Shown one piece after another: positions 1 through 9,904 of a DNA stretch of 42,358 nucleotides; within the stretch, counting starts at the first letter, position 1, and each line of letters starts with the position of its first letter. Source of the stretch: a phage. Where the stretch lies: the sequence record PV357170.1; one strand, 5' to 3'. The notes under the pieces are model-generated. The model did not search any database. It saw only the letters and a program-made list of their open reading frames with translations, and was not told the DNA's origin. Both the position numbers and the translations under genes were made by a program.

Positions 1-41
1 AAAAAAAAAAAAAGCCCCCGGCACCCGAAGGCACCAGGGGC
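1..41 (-). terminator. Rho-independent terminator after the capsid transcription unit (T7 T-phi-like position)
   Basis: Minus-strand RNA folds as a ~12-bp GC-rich stem (some G-U pairs) with UUCG loop, followed by U13 (plus-strand A13 at 1-13); lies directly 3' of the capsid gene and small ORF. Confidence 0.6.
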
Positions 42-46
42 GCATA

Positions 47-244
47 TTACTCTTTAGTTTCTGTACCAGCTGCTGCGTCGGCTACTGCATCAACAGCTTT
101 GCGGGTACGCTTAGTAGCTTTGCGGCCAGATTCGACCGAACCTACTTGAATGTGCTTCGCTACCTCGGAGGCGGCTTTTACCGCCTCACGTTGAGCAGCG
201 TTGGCCTTGAGAGTCTCCAGACCGAACACGGCGATTACTGCCAT
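47..244 (-). CDS. hypothetical small protein (65 aa) between capsid gene and terminator
   Basis: ATG at 244 preceded by GGAGG with ~5-nt spacer immediately after the capsid stop; no recognisable motif. Confidence 0.45.
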   Translation of the reverse strand: MAVIAVFGLETLKANAAQREAVKAASEVAKHIQVGSVESGRKATKRTRKAVDAVADAAAGTETKE

Positions 245-255
245 TTAACCTCCAA

Positions 256-1275
256 TCAGGCTTTGGTGGTGAAGGTGAACTTAGTCACTGCGGCGGTATC
301 TGGACGACGCAGACCGATGTTGTACATCGCGTAGCAGTCCAGAACGTTGTTGAACTCGCGCTGGTCATCCCAGATACGAGAAGTGAACGGTTTAGCTTCT
401 ACCGTCACCAAGGTCTTGGACTTACTGAAAGTCACCATGCGGCACTTCGCATCATCCTCAGTGACCGTGTAAGCTGTACCCAGCGGGTGTGTACCAGCTT
501 CGGTCGGGAACTCAGTGCACTCTACTACCGGCACACCGTTCATCTTCACAACTCGGCGGTTCTTGTAACCGTCGTCGTTAGTTGCGCCGAACTCAAGATT
601 TAACAGCTTTGGATGCTCCAGCAGTCGGGAGTAGGTATCCACGTCCACCAGAGTAATCATATCCATAAGCGGAGTCTTACGCTTGATGAGTTCATCAATA
701 CCAGCCTTGTGAGCCAGGTTGATGTTCATGGCGTTGGCTTCCATCTCAGCCTGAGTCAGCTGCTTATCCGGAGTACTGCCCGCTACGAGGATAGAAGCAC
801 CTACTTCGATACCGTCGTTGAACGCAGGCTTCAGGTGCGCTGGTGCAACCCAGGAACGGCCTTTGATGAGCTGAATCAGGTGCGCCTGGTCGAAGGTCTC
901 CGCGAACTCGGAACCGTTGTTCTGACCCATCTCAGAGAGGAAGTCCGGACCAGTCCAGTCATCCTGGTAGTCGATTGGGTTACGGATGTACAGCACCGTA
1001 TCCACTACGATAATCATCTTATCGTTACGGACCGGAGTGCTATCCAGCGCTTCACCAGAACGACGACCCTTCACCGCAGAGGTATTCAGGCGGTCGATAC
1101 GGTAGGTGTTAGAGCCGCTGATAGAGCGCTGGCTAGAGAGACCCAGGAACAGCGCCTGGTACTGGAAGCGGGTATCCACTTCATTCTGGTACACTTCCAG
1201 GTGAATATCTACGTCGGACGCCGCTCCACCCCAATGCGGACGAGTGTCACCAGCTTTATAAATGGTATCTGCCAT
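256..1275 (-). CDS. major capsid protein (T7 gp10-like)
   Basis: 339-aa ORF directly downstream of the scaffold and portal genes; size and position typical of T7-type capsid protein; strong terminator follows. Confidence 0.8.
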   Translation of the reverse strand: MADTIYKAGDTRPHWGGAASDVDIHLEVYQNEVDTRFQYQALFLGLSSQRSISGSNTYRIDRLNTSAVKGRRSGEALDSTPVRNDKMIIVVDTVLYIRNPIDYQDDWTGPDFLSEMGQNNGSEFAETFDQAHLIQLIKGRSWVAPAHLKPAFNDGIEVGASILVAGSTPDKQLTQAEMEANAMNINLAHKAGIDELIKRKTPLMDMITLVDVDTYSRLLEHPKLLNLEFGATNDDGYKNRRVVKMNGVPVVECTEFPTEAGTHPLGTAYTVTEDDAKCRMVTFSKSKTLVTVEAKPFTSRIWDDQREFNNVLDCYAMYNIGLRRPDTAAVTKFTFTTKA

Positions 1276-1299
1276 GTATTACTTTCCTTTTAAATGATA

Positions 1300-2172
1300 T
1301 TAAAGACCTACGCGTTTACCGGCTTCACGGCGTGCGAGTAAATCATGATAACGTTGACTGAACTGTTGAGATTCCAGGCTTCGGTTCCCTGCCTCCTGAC
1401 GCAGCTTAGCATACTCTACTTTGAAGTCCGCAGCGGACAAGGCATTGTTGCCAGGGACACCACGTACTAATGGATTTGAGGTCTTGATAAGACCCATATC
1501 ACGGCAGTAACCTGCCACTAACTCTGCTGCCTGTTTAAGCTCACCAGAATCAGCCAGGACTCGTGCAGCCTTACGCAGAGGCTCTGGGGCCTTGGAATTA
1601 AACAGCTGCGCTGCTACCTCCCAATTCTCCTTCCCGCCTACGAGGTCATACGCTTCCTGTACAGCCTTAGTGGCTTGTCCCACCTGGTCTTCAAGATACG
1701 CCTTAGCCAGCAGCTCTGCATACGCAGCGTGCTCACCGAAGCGCTCCTTGATGAAGGCCGTATCGATTAGGTTAGGGTCCTGATACTCCAGGGCCTTACT
1801 AAGTGCCCGCACCATGTCCGAGTCAGTTAACCCAGAGACTTGCTTCAACATCGCTACACCGGCATCAATCGTCGGGTTGCCTGTTTGAGCCAGCTCCTGA
1901 GGCTGCTCTTTGGCGCTTTCGCCACCCTTGTCATTAAGGGCCGCTTTTAGGGCTTCGATATCCAGAGGAATCTGTGCTGGAGCTACTGCCGGAACTACTG
2001 CAGGTGCAGGGGAATCTTTGCCCTGTTGCTGCTGCATAGAGATCTGCGCATCCTGCACACCCTGATTATTTGGGGCGTTAAGAGGAGCGCCCAGGCCCGG
2101 AATCTTAGGGCCGCCTTGGTTCTCTACCTGGGTAGTTGTTACGTTAGTTTGAGTGGTTTCTACGCCGTCCAT
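1300..2172 (-). CDS. scaffolding protein (assigned by position)
   Basis: 290-aa acidic, Ala/Gln-rich ORF between portal and capsid genes, as in T7 gp9. Confidence 0.55.
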   Translation of the reverse strand: MDGVETTQTNVTTTQVENQGGPKIPGLGAPLNAPNNQGVQDAQISMQQQQGKDSPAPAVVPAVAPAQIPLDIEALKAALNDKGGESAKEQPQELAQTGNPTIDAGVAMLKQVSGLTDSDMVRALSKALEYQDPNLIDTAFIKERFGEHAAYAELLAKAYLEDQVGQATKAVQEAYDLVGGKENWEVAAQLFNSKAPEPLRKAARVLADSGELKQAAELVAGYCRDMGLIKTSNPLVRGVPGNNALSAADFKVEYAKLRQEAGNRSLESQQFSQRYHDLLARREAGKRVGL

Positions 2173-2186
2173 TTATACCTCTGTTG

Positions 2187-3782
2187 TTAGCCCGGTAACA
2201 GGCCTAGTTGTTGTCCTGCTACGGTAGGATCCGCTGCCTGGAGATCTTGTACCTGCGACTGTGCTTGTGCTGCTGATGCCGCCGCTGCATTATCTTGAAC
2301 TTGCTGCTTCTCTTGCAGTTGCTCTTCTGTGAGCATGAACGGTCCACTTACAATACCGTATGCATCCAAGTACCAATCTACGCATGCATCCTCATTAAAG
2401 CGAGGAGTGAGCTGTTTGAGCACAGGAATAGCCAGCTGCATAGCCTGGGTAGCTTCTAGCAGTTTATCTGCTGCTGCTGCTTTAGCTAGTGCTGCAGTAC
2501 CTACCATCACGTTGATATCCACTACACCCTCGGTGAGGTACACCTTGAACTTAGGATACGCCACGATAGTATACAGGTACGCGAGCTTACGCAGCCAGGA
2601 GTCACTGAGGATGCTGAATCCACCACCCATAGCGTACTCTGCCTCTTTAGCATTCTGACGAATCTCATAAGCAGTTACACGCTCACCCTGTCGAGCATTG
2701 CCTGTGTACATAAACGCACGAGCCAGTTTCTGCTCAAGCATCTGAATGTCGCTAGCAATCCACTGAATCTTTTGAGCTGCACCACCCTCGTAAGCTGTTA
2801 CAGGGGACTTGGTGTTACCATTACTACCACCACCACCAACCTGTACTGCCTCACCAGTCTCGGCTTGGGAGAACTCATCCACATCCAGGCCAGAACTAGC
2901 ATCGACCATAGGGATAAGACGGGAGGCCTCAATCTCGTAGTTGGTCAACGCTTCGGTCAGCACAGACAGTCGCGCAAAGTCACCAGCGTAGTCTTCCACC
3001 AAACCGCGTCCATAGTGCTCACCGTTAACCAGGTTCCACACCAGTACGTTATACGGAAGTTCCAGCTCAGGATAGGTGCTGCTCTCGCCTAGGCGACGGC
3101 CATCAACTTCTTGATACACCTCATAGCTTACTGCTTCTTCTCCATTTGGAAGGTGCTTAATCTTACGACAAGCGGCAGTGTAGATATCAATGTCGCTGTA
3201 TGGGTCCCGGCCGTTGTAGTGTGTTCTTTGGATATCTTCTGGGAGGTCCTGGATGCTGGCGCGCTCTTTGATAATGAGTCGCAGCACGTTCCCGCTACCA
3301 TCCCTTCGAACGGTAAAGTTACGGACCGAGTAGATAATGGATTTCCCGGTTCTTTCATCGATATACTCCAATGCGTTCCCGGTGATAAGCAGCAACTTCA
3401 CAGCTTGAAGCTTAGCAGCATACCCATCCTTCTCAAACACCTTCTGAGAGGCGGTGTTCTCTACCTCGGATAAACGGGATTCCGCAGTGCTAGAACTTCC
3501 CAGACTACTAATAAAGTTGTCAAGAGCTGCACTCTTAGAGAACCGAAAGAAGCTAGTACCTTGCGGGAATAATGCACCTACAATTTTAGTCGCTGCTGTA
3601 TTGACCAGCTGAGCACCTGTACTCTGATAGTCTCGACTAAGCTGCATACGCCGCCCATCAGTATAGAGCTCTCGGGTAAAGATTGTAGGTAGCGTCCACT
3701 CAGCAAACTTCTCTGACGCATCCAGTACGCCAGCATCCTGGTCCCCCAGGAACAGTTCCGCTAATGTCTTTTTATAGTCCAA
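2187..3782 (-). CDS. portal (head-tail connector) protein
   Basis: 531-aa ORF immediately upstream of scaffold and capsid; size and position match T7 gp8-type portal. Confidence 0.75.
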   Translation of the reverse strand: MDYKKTLAELFLGDQDAGVLDASEKFAEWTLPTIFTRELYTDGRRMQLSRDYQSTGAQLVNTAATKIVGALFPQGTSFFRFSKSAALDNFISSLGSSSTAESRLSEVENTASQKVFEKDGYAAKLQAVKLLLITGNALEYIDERTGKSIIYSVRNFTVRRDGSGNVLRLIIKERASIQDLPEDIQRTHYNGRDPYSDIDIYTAACRKIKHLPNGEEAVSYEVYQEVDGRRLGESSTYPELELPYNVLVWNLVNGEHYGRGLVEDYAGDFARLSVLTEALTNYEIEASRLIPMVDASSGLDVDEFSQAETGEAVQVGGGGSNGNTKSPVTAYEGGAAQKIQWIASDIQMLEQKLARAFMYTGNARQGERVTAYEIRQNAKEAEYAMGGGFSILSDSWLRKLAYLYTIVAYPKFKVYLTEGVVDINVMVGTAALAKAAAADKLLEATQAMQLAIPVLKQLTPRFNEDACVDWYLDAYGIVSGPFMLTEEQLQEKQQVQDNAAAASAAQAQSQVQDLQAADPTVAGQQLGLLPG

Positions 3783-3791
3783 GCTTCCTCC

Positions 3792-4055
3792 TTACAGGCC
3801 CAGGGGGTTGCTCTGCCCTGCCCGTCGCCGTTTCTTCTGCTCAGACGTAATTGCATCTGCAGATGCAGAGGCCGCGCCGGAGGGGTTGATCTCAGCAATA
3901 TTGTCAGCTGCACTGTTCGCCTCTAAGGCTGCCTGCTGTTTTGCTGCCTCAGCCTGCTGCTCAGCCATGCGCTGCTGTTGCTCTAATCCTTCGTTATCAG
4001 TAAGGCCAAGCATATCCGTGGCCTTACCTAACAGTTTACCTAATCCACCGCTCAT
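3792..4055 (-). CDS. hypothetical protein, possible small virion protein (by position before portal)
   Basis: 87-aa ORF with basic C-terminus (KKRRRAGQ); same position as T7 gp6.7/gp7.3-type small virion proteins. Confidence 0.4.
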   Translation of the reverse strand: MSGGLGKLLGKATDMLGLTDNEGLEQQQRMAEQQAEAAKQQAALEANSAADNIAEINPSGAASASADAITSEQKKRRRAGQSNPLGL

Positions 4056-4495
4056 GCTGACCTCACTAAATGGTAAGTTGTTTTGTAAGTATTATCCGAT
4101 GTATTGCGACTAATGGCGATGCGCCCAGCTCGCATACACTTAGCGATTGCTTGCAGACCCTCCATAACTACAAGCATTGCCTCACTGTTTCCTGGTTTCA
4201 ATACGAAGAAGTCTGTGTACAACACAGGCTCTACGTAATGGCAGTCCTCTACAGCTTCTGGGTAGTAACTGACAGCGCCGACCAAGTCGCCCTGGGAGTC
4301 ATAGACTCCTAGTATATACTGTTTACCTAGTACACTTTTTAGTACTCTCCAATAGTGTTGCTCTGTGGTAAGGCCCCGACTAATGCCGTGACCAAGTTCG
4401 TGCAGAGCCCTCACTGCTTCTCTAATATCAGCGTGCTTATGCAGAACTTTTAGTGAGTAAGTATTGAGTGTTTTACTAGTGTGTTTTAACTTCAT
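4052..4495 (-). CDS. hypothetical protein (147 aa)
   Basis: ORF with ATG at 4495 directly after the RNA polymerase gene; contains an isolated HELGH motif with no further support. Confidence 0.5.
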   Translation of the reverse strand: MKLKHTSKTLNTYSLKVLHKHADIREAVRALHELGHGISRGLTTEQHYWRVLKSVLGKQYILGVYDSQGDLVGAVSYYPEAVEDCHYVEPVLYTDFFVLKPGNSEAMLVVMEGLQAIAKCMRAGRIAISRNTSDNTYKTTYHLVRSA

Positions 4496-4519
4496 TCCTA
4501 CTCCTGTAACATTAAATTT

Positions 4520-6988
4520 TTAGCAAAAGAAGAATGGAGATTCAAGCACTTGTCGGATGTCCAAAGTACCGATTGCAGGCATCTCTAAATCTGTGAGGTC
4601 TGCCCCTGCTTCGGCAGCTGCCCGGGTAATATCTCCAAGCAGATCGTGCTCCTCGTACAACTTCACAAACTGTTCACGGATATGTCGGTGCAGGGCATCT
4701 ACATCAGCCGCGTGAGTAGCCATTGAGTCGTGAATCGGGACAATATCCAGACCTTCTGCAGCACAGAGCACCATCATGAGGTGTGTGCTATCTAGGCTAT
4801 GCACAAAGTTCGGAGCAATACCGGAGGCAGCCTTGCGCTTATTACAGGTCTTAAAGTCACGGTTGTGCACCAGCACGGCAGATAGGTTCATACAATCAAT
4901 ACGTACACGCACCTCCTCTCGCTGAGAGTACCGGTTCATCACCAGCCCGCCTAGAGGAGTCTTCCACTGCAGATGCTGGCTGGCAGGTACACGCCTAGCG
5001 AGGTTCTGTAGATACCCCATAGCTGCTGCTGCTGCCGGGTTAGCTTCCTCAATAGCGCTACGCATCCTAGGGGCCAGGTAGCAGGATAAGTTCCAGAGAC
5101 TGTGCGTGTCTGTTCCTTCATACCCCTCTTCACAAGCACCTGCAAAGATGTAGTCGCTGCAGCTGCGCACCGTGGCGCTGTAGAAGTAGGTCATGCTAGG
5201 ACGCTTGGTCATGCTTCGAGTGATTTCGTTCTCTCTCCAGTACGTGCTCTGGATAACGAAATCCTCTTTGTCCAGGTCCAGTATCACCTTCTCGTCCGTA
5301 CGGCGCTTCACGTCCATATACAGGTCCGCTTTCTTGTCGTTACCCTCCCAGTACAGGTTAGTCAGGCGCCCGCCTACAGGGTCTCTCAGGAGTGCTGAGA
5401 GGTGCTGTCCACCTGAGTTCGTAGCGTCCATAGCAACCGGAGTTCTGGAGATGTACTCTTCTGGGCACGGAGAATCCAGGGCAGCCACCAGGTCGAGCAC
5501 TGCTGCCAAGAAACACCACGGTGAATCGGCCTGCTTAAAAGCGTCCGAATCAAATAGATTCTCTGCAACTGAGCGGACAACTGCCATATTTTTATCAACC
5601 CAATCTGCGCGGTCTTCGAATAGGGTTTTGTCATAACCAAAGCAAGTGGCGACGTGCACTTTGAGCCAGAACAACCCTCTCTCTCCAAGAGGTTTACCTC
5701 TACCGAATTCCAGCAGAGCCTTCTGCAAATCAGAACCCTGCGGGTGCAATGAGGACTTGAAGTACAGGCGGTAGCGCCAGTCCACACAAGTCGGGAAGTA
5801 CAGGGCTTTCTCATCTTTGAATTCCTCTGCCATCTCCAACGTAGTCAGAAGGCTGCGTAGTTGCGATACACGCTTACGGTCAGCACTGTACCACAGGGAC
5901 ATACGCGTCTTCCACTCACCGAAGCGGTCCAGTTCCTCCTCGGTGTAGTTCTCTTTTGGCACACCATCCAAGTACCACTCCGGCTTCGGCTCCGGTATTG
6001 AGCGGGGCATACCTATCCCAATACCCAGGGCCCGTGCTTCTTGCACCAGTTCCAGTATGCGCTTATTAATGCGGTATGGGGTTTCCTGCGCCTTATTAAG
6101 CGCCTTTTTGATGCCGTCCGCGGCCTTGAATGCTTCTGCTACTTCGCGGAGACGCGCGCGGTCGATGTGCGAGTTATGATAGGTCCCGCGATTGTCGATG
6201 GGAGTAAGGTACCCACCATCCCACATAGTGGTGTGCTGTACTGGTGGCACCAGCATAGGAGGCTTCATGGTTACGGTATCGGCTGACTCCACCAGTTTCT
6301 GGAAGGCCTCCATAACGTCATCAGCCGGGTAGAGCATGCTCAGGTTCCCACTACCTGTCTTCCACTGGAACAGGCCCGTCTCAAACACTGCAGCACACAG
6401 CAGACGCCCTACGGAGATGTTCTGGGCATTGGTCCAAGGCTCGTGCCCATAGTGCACGTTCTCGGCACTGGCACGGAGCGTACGCAGTATGTGCGAAGGG
6501 GACTTCGTACGGCGCTCAGTGAGGTACTCGTACACACGGTCCATGTATGCAGGGGCTACGTTACGTAACTGCAGAGCCAGTAGCTCTGACTGCACATTCC
6601 TACCCAGTGCGGACATTACTGCTTGTGCAGTCTGACGGCGACTGGCGGACTCGCCTGGGGCAACACTGAACGCCTCAAACATTGTGCACAGGCTCAGAGT
6701 AGTTAGGACATCCAAGGGGACTAAGCGTAGGAATCGGCGGTACTTTCCACCGATACCCGGGGCTTTGACATTTCGCATTTCCTCAATGGCTGCAGAGGCC
6801 ACGTCGTACGCAGAGGTTAGCATGCGCTGAGTCATTGGCAGGTTCATAATCCCGCCATTCTGCAGAGCATCGGTAATCAATTTGCGAGCACGTTCAATGC
6901 CGCGAATCTTGTAGGTCTCTTCAAGCTCCAACTGGCGTTCCACCAGTGCTTCCTCTGGTACTACAACCGTATTCAGGGCGCTAATCAT
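4520..6988 (-). CDS. single-subunit DNA-directed RNA polymerase (T7 RNAP family)
   Basis: 822-aa ORF; C-terminal region ...PNFVHSLDSTHL...IHDSMATH... matches the conserved T7 RNAP catalytic/C-terminal motifs; AAGGAGA RBS upstream of ATG at 6988. Confidence 0.9.
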   Translation of the reverse strand: MISALNTVVVPEEALVERQLELEETYKIRGIERARKLITDALQNGGIMNLPMTQRMLTSAYDVASAAIEEMRNVKAPGIGGKYRRFLRLVPLDVLTTLSLCTMFEAFSVAPGESASRRQTAQAVMSALGRNVQSELLALQLRNVAPAYMDRVYEYLTERRTKSPSHILRTLRASAENVHYGHEPWTNAQNISVGRLLCAAVFETGLFQWKTGSGNLSMLYPADDVMEAFQKLVESADTVTMKPPMLVPPVQHTTMWDGGYLTPIDNRGTYHNSHIDRARLREVAEAFKAADGIKKALNKAQETPYRINKRILELVQEARALGIGIGMPRSIPEPKPEWYLDGVPKENYTEEELDRFGEWKTRMSLWYSADRKRVSQLRSLLTTLEMAEEFKDEKALYFPTCVDWRYRLYFKSSLHPQGSDLQKALLEFGRGKPLGERGLFWLKVHVATCFGYDKTLFEDRADWVDKNMAVVRSVAENLFDSDAFKQADSPWCFLAAVLDLVAALDSPCPEEYISRTPVAMDATNSGGQHLSALLRDPVGGRLTNLYWEGNDKKADLYMDVKRRTDEKVILDLDKEDFVIQSTYWRENEITRSMTKRPSMTYFYSATVRSCSDYIFAGACEEGYEGTDTHSLWNLSCYLAPRMRSAIEEANPAAAAAMGYLQNLARRVPASQHLQWKTPLGGLVMNRYSQREEVRVRIDCMNLSAVLVHNRDFKTCNKRKAASGIAPNFVHSLDSTHLMMVLCAAEGLDIVPIHDSMATHAADVDALHRHIREQFVKLYEEHDLLGDITRAAAEAGADLTDLEMPAIGTLDIRQVLESPFFFC

Positions 6989-7129
6989 AGGCGCTTAGTC
7001 TCCTTGGTTATGTCCGGTATTTCTAACTACTGGTTTCGACTTACCCAGAGATTATACATCGCCAGGTAATCATTAGCGGAGCTTTCATCACCCCGCTCTA
7101 TTGCTGCTTGCCACATCTTGTGGCACCAC

Positions 7130-7444
7130 TCACTTGGAAGCATCTTCTCGCTGCTCTAATTCCAGAATAAACAAGGCGCAACACGCGGCGTGCGCTAGAT
7201 GCGGAAGCCCGCTCTCGGCATCCGTTAACTCCCCATTAGCATGGGCCGTTAGGTGGCGCAGAAGCGCGGCTTTGTACCGAGACCGCCCCTCCTCAACAGT
7301 GTGCCAGCTATGTGCTGCATACTTCTGAGCTCCGAATGTAAGTACATCACTAATGCGGAGCAACGCATTAGGACACCCATCCAGTAGCAGATCCATACGA
7401 GGTTTGCCTGCGTCATACTTCATACCAGTACCTACTGCACTCAT
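7130..7444 (-). CDS. hypothetical protein (104 aa)
   Basis: ORF overlapping the upstream gene by ATGA; no confident motif. Confidence 0.5.
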   Translation of the reverse strand: MSAVGTGMKYDAGKPRMDLLLDGCPNALLRISDVLTFGAQKYAAHSWHTVEEGRSRYKAALLRHLTAHANGELTDAESGLPHLAHAACCALFILELEQREDASK

Positions 7445-7935
7445 ACTGATTCCTCCACCCCATGAGATTTTAAATCGGTTCGATGTTCCGCTGCGCCGTA
7501 GTCACATACAGCGTAAGTAGTGATACCCAGTCGGCGGAAATGCTCAATCACTGCAGGACTATCGTCCCAAGCTGCTACGATATTCTCTAACCCCACCTGG
7601 TTGCGCAGGAACTCCTCTTTGATAATGATGTCCTTTCGGTTGTCGCTGTGTGACCGCATAACCAGCTCAGAGTACAAAACGGAGTTGCGCTCCAGCCAGG
7701 CCTCTGTCTCTGCTCTGACTATATCTGAGCGACCGGTCAATATGATAACCCGTAGCCCTGCTCGCGCCATGATGTTACACACGTCGATAGTGTCCTGGAA
7801 TGGAGGGTCATCCTTAGAGGCCCGGTTGAATTCGTTCCAGCTATCTGTTAGATGCAAATCCACAGTAGGCAGTAAGTGTAAGCGATGCTTACCATCAGCC
7901 AGCGTGCCATCCAAATCGAAGATCACTGCCTTCAC
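7441..7935 (-). CDS. HAD-superfamily phosphatase (polynucleotide 3'-phosphatase-like)
   Basis: HAD motif I FDLDGTL at N-terminus, motif II ILTGR, motif IV AWDDSP; ~160 aa as in the T4 Pnkp phosphatase domain. Confidence 0.6.
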   Translation of the reverse strand: MKAVIFDLDGTLADGKHRLHLLPTVDLHLTDSWNEFNRASKDDPPFQDTIDVCNIMARAGLRVIILTGRSDIVRAETEAWLERNSVLYSELVMRSHSDNRKDIIIKEEFLRNQVGLENIVAAWDDSPAVIEHFRRLGITTYAVCDYGAAEHRTDLKSHGVEESV

Positions 7936-8354
7936 TTAATAATCTCCCGTGCTTTGCGTCGTGCTCTAGCTTTTCGAGCCTTGAGCTTCTGTGCCTGCGC
8001 CTGTTCTTCCGGCGTCTTATGTGTATAGTATAGCATATCATACGGCTCTTTGCGAAGATACTCAACCATATTCTCTAAGAATTGTAGTATTCCCTCTTTA
8101 TCCTGCGTCCCGTAACCAGCCCACCTAGCCACCGCATTATACACCTTGCCTTCTGCCCCATTCGCCCCACGCGATAGGACGCCGCGTATATGACCTGTGA
8201 GGTGATCGTGATCGAGCACCATACTGCTAGCACTTCCACGGGCGGCGGAGGTATCTATAGGACGTTTAGTGAGGGCGCAAACACCTCCCTGCTCCTTTAG
8301 TATCTTTAAGGATACCGCTCTTACCTGCCCTCGAGTTATACGACGTGTCGCCAT
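7932..8354 (-). CDS. recombination endonuclease VII-like Holliday-junction resolvase
   Basis: Motif GGVCALTKRP...VLDHDHLTGHIRGVL matches the endonuclease VII zinc-binding and HDH signature. Confidence 0.7.
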   Translation of the reverse strand: MATRRITRGQVRAVSLKILKEQGGVCALTKRPIDTSAARGSASSMVLDHDHLTGHIRGVLSRGANGAEGKVYNAVARWAGYGTQDKEGILQFLENMVEYLRKEPYDMLYYTHKTPEEQAQAQKLKARKARARRKAREIIK

Positions 8355-8785
8355 GATTTCCCCACCAGCATTCTGTGGGTGCTGGACACACCCATGTTTA
8401 AGCGTTTAGCAATAGCGGATGCACCCCACTCACGATCCTGGGGAATGTACATCTGCCGAAGGTACCGCACAATACCATCATCTAGTTTAGCCCTACCGTT
8501 CTCAGTTCCACGTAGAGCTGTTGCCTCGTTGTTACCCCGCCCGCAGCTGTGCTTGTAGTCTGCGTTAGTTTTGTGTGTTCCGGCTTTTAGGTGTTCCAGA
8601 TTAACGCAGCGGGGATTGTTGCACAGATGTTCCACTACCTCCGGCATATAACCGTACGCATTGTAGAACACAACCCGGTGCTTTGTAGTACTCTTTTTCA
8701 CACCTTCCACTTTAAACCACGCAGTGGCATAACCCAATCCCATACCCTTACAGCCATGGTCTATACACGGAGTCTCCATCACCAT
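8336..8785 (-). CDS. HNH homing endonuclease (paralog 1)
   Basis: HRVV...HLCNNPRCVNLEHL HNH core; GGGGAGA RBS; paralogous to the ORFs at 12819..13253 and 15943..16392. Confidence 0.8.
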   Translation of the reverse strand: MVMETPCIDHGCKGMGLGYATAWFKVEGVKKSTTKHRVVFYNAYGYMPEVVEHLCNNPRCVNLEHLKAGTHKTNADYKHSCGRGNNEATALRGTENGRAKLDDGIVRYLRQMYIPQDREWGASAIAKRLNMGVSSTHRMLVGKSWRHVV

Positions 8786-8979
8786 ACCTCAATCTCCCCT
8801 ACTACATCCAGCAGAGCGTTGTCGTGAATGAGAGAATCCAAATGCTCAACCGTTCTTCGATGTGTTTTGGGTGCTCGTTCACGCAGCGCGTCCAGAATAG
8901 TTTCAAGTTCATCATGTTTCCCCTCGTAGTATAACTCAATCGCCCGCAGGCTCATTTCCTTCGCAGACATCTTCGCCAT
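8779..8979 (-). CDS. hypothetical small protein (66 aa)
   Basis: ATG at 8979 with AGGAGC RBS; track ORF extended upstream to a non-ATG start; overlaps the end of the exonuclease gene. Confidence 0.4.
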   Translation of the reverse strand: MAKMSAKEMSLRAIELYYEGKHDELETILDALRERAPKTHRRTVEHLDSLIHDNALLDVVGEIEVW

Positions 8980-9904
8980 TATCTGGGTGCTCCTGTATCC
9001 ACTGTATGTGCTGTTTATGGTACTCGTGCAGCGACTGCACCCAGTCACGTAGACTGGGAGTAGTCAACAGTGACATCAGATACTGATAGGCAGAATCTGA
9101 TTGGGAGCGCCGCAGGAACAGGCATTCAGCCTCTGCGAGTACATCTTGATTGTTTCGAGCATAAGCCGCTACAACGAACTCTGCAGCGTCTTGCTCTGAG
9201 GTAATAGGGTAGATAGCATCAAAGGCCGTTCGCTTGCCACAGGGCTTCCCATCAAGCAACGTGATGCCTTTGACGTTATCTGCGTCGTCCCCTGCTAGCA
9301 TCTGCCACCAGAAGAACTTCAACCCGTGTGCTCGTACAGGCATAGCCTGGGTGTCATCCCACTTAATCCATCCGAATGGGTCCTCCAGTGCAGGCCACAC
9401 TGTACCGGTTGGGATATCAAACCGGGCCATAGGGCTGAGCCAGGAATCTTTATCCTGTGACATCAGGATACCGCGCTCACCGAAGGCGTATGAATCCATT
9501 ATGAACAGATCATCCGCCTCGAAGAAGTCACTGCTAACCACCTGGATACCTTGCTCAGAATACTGGTCCGGATTGTCAATCAGGTGCCGCTTCAAAGGCG
9601 CCTTCAGTGGTAGTTCCTGCCGGTTAGCGCGCTGTCCCTGGTAGGGTTTGGCCGTAGGCAGATGCCAACGCAAGCACTTGGCACATCCTGTAGGGGTCAG
9701 ATACGCGACTGCTTCTGAGCATCCGACCAGGAACATATCCTCAAGCACTAGCTGATAGAAGCGGCGTATCGCGGTGTCCAAACGTTTCACTGTAGCAGCA
9801 GATTTATAAACTGTGAAATCCGCATCATACAGCAGAATCTTCCCCGAGTTCTGCGGAGCTAACTGCTCCCCGAGCTGGGACAAGTCAACCCCATTGATAA
9901 TCAT
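8936..9904 (-). CDS. 5'-3' exonuclease (T7 gp6 / FEN-like)
   Basis: 322 aa; N-terminal ILLYDADF... and acidic FEADD-type metal-binding clusters typical of phage 5'-3' exonucleases; position between DNA polymerase and endonuclease VII. Confidence 0.65.
   Translation of the reverse strand: MIINGVDLSQLGEQLAPQNSGKILLYDADFTVYKSAATVKRLDTAIRRFYQLVLEDMFLVGCSEAVAYLTPTGCAKCLRWHLPTAKPYQGQRANRQELPLKAPLKRHLIDNPDQYSEQGIQVVSSDFFEADDLFIMDSYAFGERGILMSQDKDSWLSPMARFDIPTGTVWPALEDPFGWIKWDDTQAMPVRAHGLKFFWWQMLAGDDADNVKGITLLDGKPCGKRTAFDAIYPITSEQDAAEFVVAAYARNNQDVLAEAECLFLRRSQSDSAYQYLMSLLTTPSLRDWVQSLHEYHKQHIQWIQEHPDNGEDVCEGNEPAGD

Noticed and set aside
245-300. Possible T7 10B-like -1 frameshift fusing the capsid to the downstream 65-aa ORF
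   Set aside because: The 65-aa ORF is in the -1 frame, but that frame has TAA stops at ~281-283 and directly before its ATG, so no frameshift fusion is possible
4052-4495. HELGH motif in the 147-aa protein as a small zinc metalloprotease
   Set aside because: Isolated pentapeptide in a short protein with no third ligand or surrounding zincin-like context visible; likely chance
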